A stretch of 64,000 nucleotides of DNA from Rhynchopus sp. YZ270_cl-10 (GCA_964035575.1 OZ037838.1:1860001-1924000), one strand, 5' to 3'; shown: positions 34,416-45,764, numbered from the stretch's first letter. Notes: generated by a model not told the origin, from the sequence alone. A program made the numbers and translations.

Positions 34416-35607
34416 TAGGGGATACGACTCCAGCCATTTTGGCTGGGACCAAACGCACGGAAAATTCATTTGGCATTATCTGGCCATCTCCAAGGCAACT
34501 GCGGGTGAAAAACACCCTCAGAGTGGGTCACAGGGGGCCTGTGGGTCGAAAAACGACCCAGAAGCCACCCCAGAATACAAAAAAATGGAAAAAAATAGTG
34601 AAAAAACGGCTTTTTTCACGTTTTGGCCACTTTGGGCAAAATAGCGATTTTTCGAGAAAAAAATCAAAAACCGGGATATTTTTTGACATCACAAAGCCTC
34701 CTTTGGCACAAATATACCCCAAAAGTGGCCTGTGAGTCCATTCCAACCTGTTTTGGACATATTTGACACTTTTGGAAGTGTTTTTTTGGTGTTTTTAGGT
34801 CAAAAAAATGCCCAAGACGTCCCCAAGACATCCCCAAGACACTTTGCACACCCCCTGTTACGGTCATATTTTTTTCGTTTTTTTGCCTGAAACCCCCAAA
34901 ATACCCCTCCCGGACCCCACATAGTCCCGAATATCCATCACACACCCACTCAGAGTGAGTAGAAGCACCCCAAAAAAAATATTTTTTAAAGCCCTTCAAC
35001 TTCAACATGGATGCTGCCGAAACTGAAGCACAATTTTAGGGCTTTAAAAAATATTTTTTTTGGGGTGCTTCTACTCACTCTGAGTGGGTGTGTGATGGAT
35101 ATTCGGGACTATGTGGGGTCCGGGAGGGGTATTTTGGGGGTTTCAGGCAAAAAAACGAAAAAAATATGACCGTAACAGGGGGTGTGCAAAGTGTCTTGGG
35201 GATGTCTTGGGGACGTCTTGGGCATTTTTTTGACCTAAAAACACCAAAAAAACACTTCCAAAAGTGTCAAATATGTCCAAAACAGGTTGGAATGGACTCA
35301 CAGGCCACTTTTGGGGTATATTTGTGCCAAAGGAGGCTTTGTGATGTCAAAAAATATCCCGGTTTTTGATTTTTTTCTCGAAAAATCGCTATTTTGCCCA
35401 AAGTGGCCAAAACGTGAAAAAAGCCGTTTTTTCACTATTTTTTTCCATTTTTTTGTATTCTGGGGTGGCTTCTGGGTCGTTTTTCGACCCACAGGCCCCC
35501 TGTGACCCACTCTGAGGGTGTTTTTCACCCGCAGTTGCCTTGGAGATGACCAGATAATGCCAAATGAATTTTCCGTGCGCAAAAAATGGCTGGAGTCGTA
35601 CCCCCTA
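34416..35607. mobile_element. Foldback element A2 (~1.2 kb palindrome)
   Basis: Termini TAGGGGATACGACTCC / GGAGTCGTACCCCCTA; flanked by G12 and G19; arms share ~310 bp with A1 but the centre differs. Confidence 0.85.
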
Positions 35608-37833
35608 GGGGGGGGGGGGGGGGGGGAAATGTTGCTCATTATTAATAATTTATGTGTTTTGGAGACACCCCCATCTGCTTTCAGCTTTCCGTTTTTTTCA
35701 TGAGGTTTTCATACTCTGTGAATGAATATATATTTTTACACCTTCTGTTATATGCCGCAGAGTTGTGCTTTCATCCGGCTGGCTGGCATCGTACAGTGGG
35801 TCAGTCGGAAGTGCCTGCATCAACAACCACAGTTTTTTTTTAAAAGCTGTGAGTTTTCATCGTTTATCGCTCAAATGTTGATAGATCACTCTCTGTGGTT
35901 ATTGTATATAAAATGTGACTTCAGCACGAGGCTTCGTTTTCATCTTATAAACTTTTATTTTGTTTTTCTCGGAGGGTTTGTCAAAGATTTCCGTTGACAA
36001 CATTTTTGATCCCTACACCTATGCTATCAATTTATTGAATGCATACGATTATGTTGAAATCCTTTGAGGGTTTGTTAGAGATTTTTTTTGGTGGCACTTC
36101 CGTGTTCACCACGTGGATGTTGTTTTTTTCTCTCCCTCACCAGACCGCAACATCAAAAAAAGGCGACTTTGTCCTCAAAACACGTTATCGAGGGGGTAAT
36201 GCCAAGTGGAGTGTACAGGTCATTACTGTGTCATCTCCGTTCTGCATGTCTTCAAAACTCAGAATATTATTTATGTCTCAAGCAATGTTTTCATCCCACC
36301 AGGTCACCAGAAGAAAATTGATACGTTTCAATTGTGTAGCTTTCCAGCTGCGCACAACAACACATACACTCTTTTCCTCTCCACGCCCCAGATTCTGCTC
36401 ATCCGTTTTCTTCAACAACAACAAAAAAAAAAAAAGAAAGAAAGAAAGAAAGAAAAAATAAAGGAAAAGAAAAGAAAAAATGGGGCCTGGGTATACTGAA
36501 TGAAGCGCCAACAAAATCAATTCATTCTTTTCAACAATTTTATGGATTTGTGTTTTCCCCTCCCCCCTTTTTTCAGCAGCGTGTAGTGCACGGTCCTATT
36601 TTTTAAAGCCTATACTGGTGCCCTGGGTAATCGGTCAATATAGGGGTGCCCTTTTTACATTTACCTTTTGCAATTTTTTGTGTGTGTTTTTTCCCCACCC
36701 AAAATTGTAAGGGAAATTTAAAAATGGGACCCGCTACGTCAACGACCTGTCAATATCGACGCCCTCTGCCTCAGGAGCACCATATACTTGCCTATACGTA
36801 GATTTTTGTTGTTTTGCGAGAAATGCACCTTCACGAACCCAAAGAGCAGGTCGTGTGTTTGTTTTGTTTTCTATTTTTTTTTTACCTCCGCGAAGGAGTG
36901 TTGAGTTCTTCTTTTGTATCATTATTATTCGTTTTCTTTGTGTGACTGAGTGTGGGGATGCGTTCAAGAATTAAACGCTTTCCCTCATTAGGCTCAAAAC
37001 CCTTTCGTCTTTTGTTTTTCTTTATCCAAACGGCAAATCAAATTATGTTTCTTTTTTACATCTACTGTATGCCGCAGGGTAGTTGTGCTTTCATCAGGAT
37101 GGTTGGCATCGTACAGTGTGTCATTCCGAGGGGAATGCATCAATAACTACAGTTTTTGCATTCGGACAGTATCCCCTTGCTGTTCTCTTGCATTGTTGCC
37201 CGCAGGGGTTGGTGTGCTACGATACCTTAAACATATTCTCCGTTGCCGTGACATTGGGTTTTGTGCCCAACCCCAGACCCCCCACAAATAGTCCTGGCTC
37301 CTTCTGATGAGTGCCTTTGGCGGGAGGCATGGTCACAGGGCTGACTCTGGAGGTCAAGGAGCAGACCGCGAAAACCAGAAAATTCGCATTTTTACCCGAA
37401 GAGTGTTTACTCGAAGAAAACGTAAGTTAATAGAACTCAGCAAAGTTTAAAGCAATCTTGTCATTATCTTGCAGCTCACATCAAACAAATAAAATGCTTT
37501 TTTTCCCCGGGGAAAAGCATGCGACACAAAACATGGAGATGCGCAACCATTTTTCCACAAAGTTCTACTAACTCCCCCTTTTTTTTTGTGCTGTTTTTGT
37601 TCATTACTCAAATGAAAAAAAACAATGAAAAAATCCCATCCCAGTGCGAAAGTGGAGAATAGTGCACAACTGTGGCAACACAGCCGAGGCAACTATTCTG
37701 CACCATCAAATTTTCAAAAAAAAAGAAAGAAAAATCACATCCCAGTGCGATGACTTAGGAAAGAAAGAGGTGCTGTAGACCTCCCAGAAACGGGAGTGTA
37801 TCTACCACCCCAGTCTTTTTTTTTACATTAGTG

Positions 37834-37919
37834 AGGTGATCCAGCGCACACTTTTGCACACGTTTTCACACCGTGAAAATGTGTGAAAATGTGTGAAAAG
37901 GCGTGAGACTGGATCACCT
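37834..37919. mobile_element. Tiny MITE-like palindrome
   Basis: AGGTGATCCAG / CTGGATCACCT with internal GTGTGAAAA repeats. Confidence 0.4.
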
Positions 37920-39768
37920 TAATTAGGACAAATGCTTGTTGTGGTGGGAAATGATTCAAACGTCTGAGTCTTTTTGTTTATTTCCCTCCCCTTCTATTGT
38001 GCACTCAACTCATTTCTGTACTTCAGGCTAAGGGTTTTTTTTTCCTTTTTTTTGACATCCATTTCTGGGCGTTTTGAAACGAGATTTTTTTTTTGTTTTA
38101 TTTGCATGACAAAATTTTCAAAGATACGACGCTGGTGGACAAAAACTCCACTCTTTCGATTGAAAACATTATCTTATTCACTTTGTTGTGTAGTGCCTGC
38201 GTCCGCCGATGAACGGTGAGGTGTTTGCACTTCCAACTTCTCTTTTCTTTATTTTTCCGTTTCCACACAAAAATACCCCCCATTCGTGAGTGCTCTGTCC
38301 CCCCTTTTTGGGTTGACATTTTGAGGCTGATTAGGGAAACCTAAATCTACCAACAAAAAAAAAAAAAAATGTGTGCGACGCAAAAATCTTTTCTATGTCA
38401 AAGGTAGTGAGCGGTGAATATTTTCAGGTACGTTACATTCAAGTTTGCGTGGCTGACCGCATTTTTTTTTTCTTTTCAGAAATTTGAATTTTAAAAAAAA
38501 ATAAATAATAAACCCCATGATGGCATCCCCTTTCGGGTTACCGACATTTGAATACAACAATGGTGTGCAGACCAGAGCTCATCTGTCTACTCAAATTTCT
38601 TCCAATGAAAAAACCCAGTTGTTGTCAATTAGTCACACCCCCTTCTTTTGTCTGTGTGTGCGTGCACGATAGGCACTTTCGTCTTTACAATTTTTCTATG
38701 TTTTCTTCTTTTTGTGTTTTTTCCTATTTTTTCCTTTTAAAAAAAAGGTAGGAGCTATTGGCTTTTGCCAATAAAATAAAATGCATGCAACAAATAAAAT
38801 TCCCACCTCCCCTCTTTTTTGCTGCTATTGTTTCTTTTTGAGTGTTTGGTCTACTCCCCCCGCAGGCACTCCAGCTCCCACGACCTTCATCCTTTCCCAG
38901 GAAGTTCACAGAAATTTTTGGTGCAATTTATATTTCGCTTTGTTCTCACTTTTATCCCCCCCTTTTTGTATTGCATTATTTTTGTTCTTTCCCCACACCC
39001 CATAAAAATAAACCCTATCTGGTCCTTTTCAGTGGTCAGTAGAGCGTTTCCATACTCCTCACCGTTCCTTTTTGCTGCTTTCGTTTCCGTGGCTCCTTCT
39101 TGATGAATGCCTTTGGCGGGAGCGTGCCCGATAAGGGGGGTGCAGTGTTGTCAAGAGAAGTGAACGCACGTAAGCGCAGTCGTTCACAAGAGTGTGGGGC
39201 TGTTGAGGTTGCCACGGTGACGCAGGTTCGCAGTGAGAACCCGTTCGACAGCTTTGCTGTGGTTGATACCATTGACATAGAAGGCGATGAAGAGGAGTGG
39301 TGTAGAGGTGGAGGCGTGGAGCAAATGGGGAGGAGTGCGTCCGCAGCGACATCCCACGAAGTGGAAAAATGAGTGAATGAAATCTCCCCCCCAGGTCCCC
39401 AGTTTGGCCAAGAGAGGGCTCCCCCACCCTTCCCTTTCGGTAACATGATGGGAGTGCCTTTTTTTATTTCATGACAGTTTTTAGTGATCCTTTCTGGACT
39501 CATGTGAAAGTCAAGGTGAGAGGACATCTCTTCGCCGAACCAACGCACCACTTCGAGTTAGATACGGTATGAGGTGGTGCTTTGGCCTGGTCTGTTGGTC
39601 GGGAGGGTCAGGGAACGTCAGGGAGGTGTGTCTGGGTTGCTTATCGGAGGCTTCCATATCAATGCGAGCACAGTGTTGCCTTCCCATTCTTTGAATGTCG
39701 TTGACCTGAACACTCGAGTTGCGTCATACAATACATCACATCAAACACAACAGACCCCGAAGAAAACA

Positions 39769-40899
39769 ATGGATGTGACCTTTGTGCTGGAAGAGTCAGG
39801 CGTGACTGCGACAGTGGAGGTGCCGTGCGAGGCGGACGTTGCAGCGGCAAAGGAGGTTGCGTGCACGGCGCTTGCTGTCTCGCCTGCGTCTGTCGAGATG
39901 CGCATCGGCACGCAGGTGCTGGAGGGGACGTGCCGTCTGCAGGACACTGCGTTTGATGCAGGGGTGCAGGTTGTGCTTGCCCGCCCTCGCTTGGCCGATA
40001 TCAAGTGTCCTGCTGAGTACAGTGTAGAGGGGACAACTGGTGGGCAGGGGGTGTATATACATCGCTTTTTGCTGTCTCCTTGTGGAGCACTCTGTCTCTT
40101 TACACAGGAGGATGGCTATGTCACCGGCCTCGATACAGAAACCTTCAGCCATGCCTTCAGGTTCAAAGTAGACTTTGAGGTGTGCGATGAGCCTGCCATC
40201 TCACGGTGCCAGACACGCTGCTACCTGGCGAGCAGGCAAGGTATGCACGAAGTTGCGCTTCCTGGTGGGGAGGTGCTCCGCAAAGTTGACGGCCCCTCGT
40301 TCCAAGTGTTTGCGTGTGGTGGTGTTGTTGTCTCGAAGGGCAAAGACTGCGTCTCTGTGTATGACGAAAACCTGACGTTGCTCCGCACTCTCTCGCACGG
40401 AGGGCACCATTGGCGCGTGTACGTGGCAGTGTCGGACTGTGGTGGGTGGGTGATGGTATGCTGCGGCGGAGAGAAGAACGCGCGTCTGTGGGATGTGAAC
40501 ACAGGTGAATCTGTGGCATGTGTGCCTGCGGTTGGGGGTGCTGTGGCGCTTTCACGATCTGCCTCTGTCTTTGCTGTGGTGGGCTCTCACAAAGTGCAGC
40601 TCTACGACTGGAGTGGTGCAGCTCTTGGCAGCTTTGCAAAGGAGCAGAATAGAGTATATAGCATGCGCTTCACTCCGTGTGGGAAGTACGTCGTTGTTAG
40701 CTTTGTGAGTGGTGAACTATGTTACGGAGTGTACACTCTACACCAGTATGATGTGGCGACCATGTCCTGTGTGCGTGTGATACAGGACACCAAAGGTGTA
40801 TTTGCGATATCGCCGTGTTCACGTGTGGTTGTGTTCAAGGCAGCAGGAGGTGCCGCAAGAAGAAACGTCCTTGTCACAAGGAATTTATACCCCTACTGA
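39769..40899 (+). CDS. UBL + beta-propeller family protein, copy 5
   Basis: Same UBL and blade framework. Confidence 0.88.
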   Translation: MDVTFVLEESGVTATVEVPCEADVAAAKEVACTALAVSPASVEMRIGTQVLEGTCRLQDTAFDAGVQVVLARPRLADIKCPAEYSVEGTTGGQGVYIHRFLLSPCGALCLFTQEDGYVTGLDTETFSHAFRFKVDFEVCDEPAISRCQTRCYLASRQGMHEVALPGGEVLRKVDGPSFQVFACGGVVVSKGKDCVSVYDENLTLLRTLSHGGHHWRVYVAVSDCGGWVMVCCGGEKNARLWDVNTGESVACVPAVGGAVALSRSASVFAVVGSHKVQLYDWSGAALGSFAKEQNRVYSMRFTPCGKYVVVSFVSGELCYGVYTLHQYDVATMSCVRVIQDTKGVFAISPCSRVVVFKAAGGAARRNVLVTRNLYPY

Positions 40900-41207
40900 G
40901 CGAGCAGTGCACCCTGTGTGGGAAGTACCTCCTCGCTGTCGCTGAGTACTGCGGTGTGTTGCTATCGTGCGTTGCATCAGTATTTGCGTTGCACTCTCGA
41001 CCTACTAGCCTGTGAGGGAATTCATTTTGAGACATTTTGAGGATAACGACCACACCACCCTTTACCTCTCCTTTTCACTTTTGCTTTGTTAAAACCCTCT
41101 TCTGTTTGTGGAAACTACAGACAACGAAATCACCGCAAACACACAAAACAAAGCAACCCACACCTCATCTCCTCCCAACAGAGGTGGAACAAGAAGAAGA
41201 CAAAATA

Positions 41208-42380
41208 ATGGATGTGACCTTTGTGCTGGAAGAGTCAGGCGTGACTACGACAGTGGAGGTGCCGTGCGAGGCGGACGTTGCAGCGGCAAAGGAGGTTGCG
41301 TGCACGGCGCTTGCTGTCTCGCCTGCGTCTGTCGAGATGCGCATCGGCACGCAGGTGCTGGAGGGGACGTGCCGTCTGCAGGACACTGCGTTTGATGCAG
41401 GGGTGCAGGTTGTGCTTGCCCGCCGCTTTGCCGACATCAAGTGTCCTGCTCAGTACAGTGTGCATAATTTGTGTAACTTCTCGTTGTCTCCTTGTGGATC
41501 GCTCTGTCTCTATTTCCACTTGAAATATTTCAATCCCAGTGGTGGTATCGGTAGTACCGGTGTCGGCTTTAACACAGAAACCTTCGAGACTGCCTTCAAG
41601 TTTGAAACCAAATGTCGTGGGCTAAGTCCGCCTGCCATCTCGCAGTGCAAGACGCGCTGCTACCTGCCATGTGGGGATCACTTTTGCGAGGTGGCGCTTC
41701 CTGGTGGGGAGGTGCTCCGCAAGGTGGACGGTGTCTCATTTTCTGTGTTCGCGTGTGGTGGTGTTGTTGTTTCCCAAGGAAAAGGCGATGTCTCTGTGCA
41801 TGACGAAGACCTGACGTTGCTCCGCACTCTCTCACACAAAGGGACCGAGGGGTGTGAAAACAGCATGGAACCGTGCGCTGACATTGCAGTGTCTGACTGT
41901 GGTGGGTGGGTGATCACCTCCTCCCACAGTGAGAACAACGCACGTCTGTGGGATGTGAACACAGGTGAAGCTGTGGCATGTGTGCCTGCGGATGGGAGGC
42001 GGGTGGCGCTTTCACGATGTGCCTCTGTCTTTGCTGCGGAGTGCTCTGAAAAAGTGCAGCTCTATGACTGGAGTGGTGCGGCTCTTGGCAGCTTCGATAA
42101 AGGGCAGTTTCGCATCATTGACATGCGCTTCACTCCGTGTGGGAAGTACGTCGTTGTTGGGTTTTTGAGTGGTGAAGTATTTTGTGAAGAGTACACTCTG
42201 CACCAGTATGATGTGGCGACCATGTCCTGTGTGCATGTGATACCGAAGGCCCACCAACGGTTTGCGATATCGCCGTGTTCACGTGTGGTTTTGTTTGAGT
42301 CAGGAGAAAGTGACGACCTTGTGTCACAGCATCTGTACCCCTACTTGAGTGATGTTTCGGATGAAAACAGGGAAGAGTAG
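41208..42380 (+). CDS. UBL + beta-propeller family protein, copy 6
   Basis: Same framework; shares its first blade and C-terminus with copy 1. Confidence 0.88.
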   Translation: MDVTFVLEESGVTTTVEVPCEADVAAAKEVACTALAVSPASVEMRIGTQVLEGTCRLQDTAFDAGVQVVLARRFADIKCPAQYSVHNLCNFSLSPCGSLCLYFHLKYFNPSGGIGSTGVGFNTETFETAFKFETKCRGLSPPAISQCKTRCYLPCGDHFCEVALPGGEVLRKVDGVSFSVFACGGVVVSQGKGDVSVHDEDLTLLRTLSHKGTEGCENSMEPCADIAVSDCGGWVITSSHSENNARLWDVNTGEAVACVPADGRRVALSRCASVFAAECSEKVQLYDWSGAALGSFDKGQFRIIDMRFTPCGKYVVVGFLSGEVFCEEYTLHQYDVATMSCVHVIPKAHQRFAISPCSRVVLFESGESDDLVSQHLYPYLSDVSDENREE

Positions 42381-42761
42381 CCCTCATGAGCACAATAGCG
42401 TGCAGCTCTATGCTTGTAGCAGTGCGGCTCTTTGCAGCTTTGATGAGGCATGGTCATGTCAGGGTGTGCAGTCCACCCTGTGTGGGAAGTACCTCCTCGC
42501 TGTCGCTGAGTACTGCGGTGTGTTGCTATCGTGCGTTGCATCAGTATTTGCGTTGCATCCTCGACCTACTAGCCTGTGAGGGAATTCATTTTGAGACATT
42601 TTGAGGATAACGACCACACCACCATTCACCTCTCTTTTCCCCTTGCCTCAGTAATCCCTTTCTTCTTGTGTTCTACACAACGAAGCCATCACAAGACACA
42701 AAACAAAACAACCCACACCTCATCTCCTCCCAACAGAGGTGGAACAGAAGAAGACAAAACA

Positions 42762-43874
42762 ATGGATGTGACCTTTGTGCTGGAAGAGTCAGGCGTGACT
42801 GCGACAGTGGAGGTGCCGTGCGAGGCGGACGTTGCAGCGGCAAAGGAGGTTGCGTGCACGGCGCTTGCTGTCTCGCCTGCGTCTGTCGAGATGCGCATCG
42901 GCACGCAGGTGCTGGAGGGGACGTGCCGTCTGCAGGACACTGCTTTTGATGCAGGGGTGCAGGTTGTGCTTGCCCGCCCTCGCTTTGCCGACATCAAGTG
43001 TCCTGCTGAGTACAGTGTAGAGGGGACAACACCGCGAGAGAGGTGTGTGACTCAGATAGCGCTTTCTCCTTGTGGAGCACTCTGCCTCATCTCACAGGAA
43101 GGCTATGTCGCCGGCTTCGATACCGAAACCTTCACCACTGTCTTCAGGTTCAAAGTAGACTTTATGGTGCAGCACGGTCGTCCTACCATCTCACGGTGCA
43201 AGACACGCTGCTACCTGGCGAACGAGGATAGCGCATACGAGGTTGCGCTGCCTGGTGGGGAGGTGCTCCGCAAAGTCGATGGACCACCAGTGTTCGCGTG
43301 TGGTGGTGTTGTTGTCTCATGTCGCGACGACGGCGTCTCTGTGTATGACGAAGACCTGACGTTGCTCCGCACTCTCCCGCACAAAAGGTGCAGAGTGGCA
43401 ATGTCGCACTGTGGTGGGTGGGCGATCTCCTCCTCTGGAATAGATGACAACGTACGTCTGTGGGATGTGAACACAGGTGAAGCTGTTGCGTGCGGATGCG
43501 TGCGTGCGGATGGGAGCGTAGCGCTTTCACGATCTGCCTCTGTCTTTGCTGTGGTGCGCCACTTCAAAATGTACCTCTACGACTGGAGTGGTGCGGCTCT
43601 TGGCAGCTACGAAGAAAACCCTATGATTGACATGCAGTTCACTCCGTGTGGGAAATATATCGTACTTGAAACACAGGATAATGCATGCAGACATACCCTG
43701 CACCAGTACAATGTGTCGACCATGTCCTGTGTGCGTGTGTTCTCCAATGTCTCTGGCTTTGCATTTGCGCTGTCACCATGTTCACGTGTGGTAGTGGTCT
43801 TGCCGCGACACTCACAATATTATACTGGTGACACGCGAGACACTATTGAGACGAGACATCTGTACCCCTACTGA
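42762..43874 (+). CDS. UBL + beta-propeller family protein, copy 7
   Basis: Same framework. Confidence 0.88.
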   Translation: MDVTFVLEESGVTATVEVPCEADVAAAKEVACTALAVSPASVEMRIGTQVLEGTCRLQDTAFDAGVQVVLARPRFADIKCPAEYSVEGTTPRERCVTQIALSPCGALCLISQEGYVAGFDTETFTTVFRFKVDFMVQHGRPTISRCKTRCYLANEDSAYEVALPGGEVLRKVDGPPVFACGGVVVSCRDDGVSVYDEDLTLLRTLPHKRCRVAMSHCGGWAISSSGIDDNVRLWDVNTGEAVACGCVRADGSVALSRSASVFAVVRHFKMYLYDWSGAALGSYEENPMIDMQFTPCGKYIVLETQDNACRHTLHQYNVSTMSCVRVFSNVSGFAFALSPCSRVVVVLPRHSQYYTGDTRDTIETRHLYPY

Positions 43875-44214
43875 GTGACGTCTTACCGTCTCCCCTTTCC
43901 CCCCTTCATAGTCCCAGGTCCGCAAGTCTTATATTCGGCTATCTTTTGTCCACCCCTCCCCCGTTCTTCACGACGCAAATTTTCGGGGGTTTTTGAGACT
44001 TTTGGGCGATCAACAAACAACAAACAAAAAACAAGTATATTCATTTTCTTCCCCCCACAACCTCACACACACACACTTGGGGCCATATTCTGCGCAAGAA
44101 TCACCCCTCTTCGTTATCAAACACACACACACACTATGCTCCCGCCAGGGAAAACCCACACCCCCTCTCAACACACCCCCCTTCCAGACAACAGTTGTCA
44201 ACACCCTCACCCCC

Positions 44215-45171
44215 ATGGCCACCGACCTGCAATGGACTGTCACACACTACGACAACGGCGCGGTGTACGAAGGCTACATAGATGCACAGCACCGACGGCA
44301 ACTGGTGGGACGCTTCTCCAAGGGCGGTGCTACTTATGAAGGCGAGTTTGTCGACGGACAGATGCACGGACACGGACGGTACACATACGACGAGGCAGCC
44401 ACACGCACATACACTGGAAACTTTGCAAACGGCGAGATCCACGGTGACGGTGTCTCCGAGGGCCCAACCTTCTCCTTTGTCGGCTCACACTCCGCAGGCC
44501 GCAAACACGGCAAAGGCGTGATCATACCCTCCACCACCGGCACCACACAACGCCACATCTGGGCAAAAGGCCACCCCACCGAGACCACCTCCCCCACCCT
44601 CCCCGAGATTCTCAAGGAGTACACCGTACGCCGCCGACGCATCCTCAGCGCAGTCGCCGCATCGATACCCCCACTCGGCACACCCTGCGAAGAAGGCTGG
44701 CACGATGCCAGGGAGACCCGCTCCCAAACGCTCCCCTCCGGCTGCACATACTCTGGATCCTTCTTTGGTGCAAAACGTTCTGGGCACGGTGTATGGGAAC
44801 ATCCTGAAGGGGACCGTTATGAAGGACAATGGATGGACAACAAAAAGAGTGGTTGGGGTGTCTACACTTCAGATGCACGGCGATATGAAGGGGAGTGGTG
44901 TGGCGACAAGATGAACGGCTGGGGGGTACAGACCGCCGCTGGAGGCGTCTTTGTAGGAAAGCACCACGAAGACGCAAAGTGCGGTATAGCAGTGGTCTTC
45001 AGCACTGAAGGCGATGAGAAGGCAGCACCGATGCTGCAGGATTGGCGCGACGGAACACTACACAGTGAAAAGCCTGCAAGCGAAGAGACAGCAGCAGAAT
45101 ACTCCATGGTGCGCAAAATATTAGAAGCGACGGTACGTGGTGCATGCAAGGCGGGGCAAGCAGATGTGTGA
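44215..45171 (+). CDS. MORN repeat protein
   Basis: Repeated YEGEFxDGxMHGxG / YEGQWxDNKKSGWG motifs in two clusters. Confidence 0.9.
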   Translation: MATDLQWTVTHYDNGAVYEGYIDAQHRRQLVGRFSKGGATYEGEFVDGQMHGHGRYTYDEAATRTYTGNFANGEIHGDGVSEGPTFSFVGSHSAGRKHGKGVIIPSTTGTTQRHIWAKGHPTETTSPTLPEILKEYTVRRRRILSAVAASIPPLGTPCEEGWHDARETRSQTLPSGCTYSGSFFGAKRSGHGVWEHPEGDRYEGQWMDNKKSGWGVYTSDARRYEGEWCGDKMNGWGVQTAAGGVFVGKHHEDAKCGIAVVFSTEGDEKAAPMLQDWRDGTLHSEKPASEETAAEYSMVRKILEATVRGACKAGQADV

Positions 45172-45764
45172 AAACACGAAAAACGAGAGAAAAAAGAAAT
45201 GGAGCATTTCTATGGTATAACACAAAACCATTTTCAAAAGGAACAAAAAAATAGTACATGCGATGGGGTGTTGAGCGCGTATTGGGATCTCAACAGGGGA
45301 TAAGAATGGGTAGGATATAGCTTTCAAATTAAGAGTGATACCAGTAGTCTGCGGAACTTTAGGGACAAGATGTGCCATGTGTGTTCGTATCCTAACCTCT
45401 GTGAGGAGACATTTGAGCATTTGAACGTACCTCTTTTTGGGTACCTCGAATGACAACAAAAACAAACAAAACATTGTCACACAAAAATCACTTTATACCA
45501 GTAGGTTCAAAGTTTTGTCGAGACAACAAAAAAATAATGGAAATTTCCTGGAAATTTGAACTTTCGGATGTCATATTTGTTGTGCTACTCTAAGGACCCT
45601 CCCCCTTCCCCGCTTCCAATATCTTTTTTTGAGCTCTCTCATCCAACACCTTTTCACAACATCACCACCCAGGACAACCACATTTCTTTTAGTATTCGCG
45701 AAACAGCAAAAACCTTTCTTTTTAACTAAGGATACGACAGGAGTTTTCGACCTAACCCGACACA

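Noticed and set aside
39100..39372. 90-aa ORF upstream of copy 5
   Set aside because: Begins with a motif shared with degenerate repeats at ~37306 and ~51614; no recognisable domain.
18128..43874. Diversity-generating retroelement as the cause of propeller variation
   Set aside because: No template/variable repeat pair, no DGR-type RT, and the variation includes indels and is not adenine-specific.
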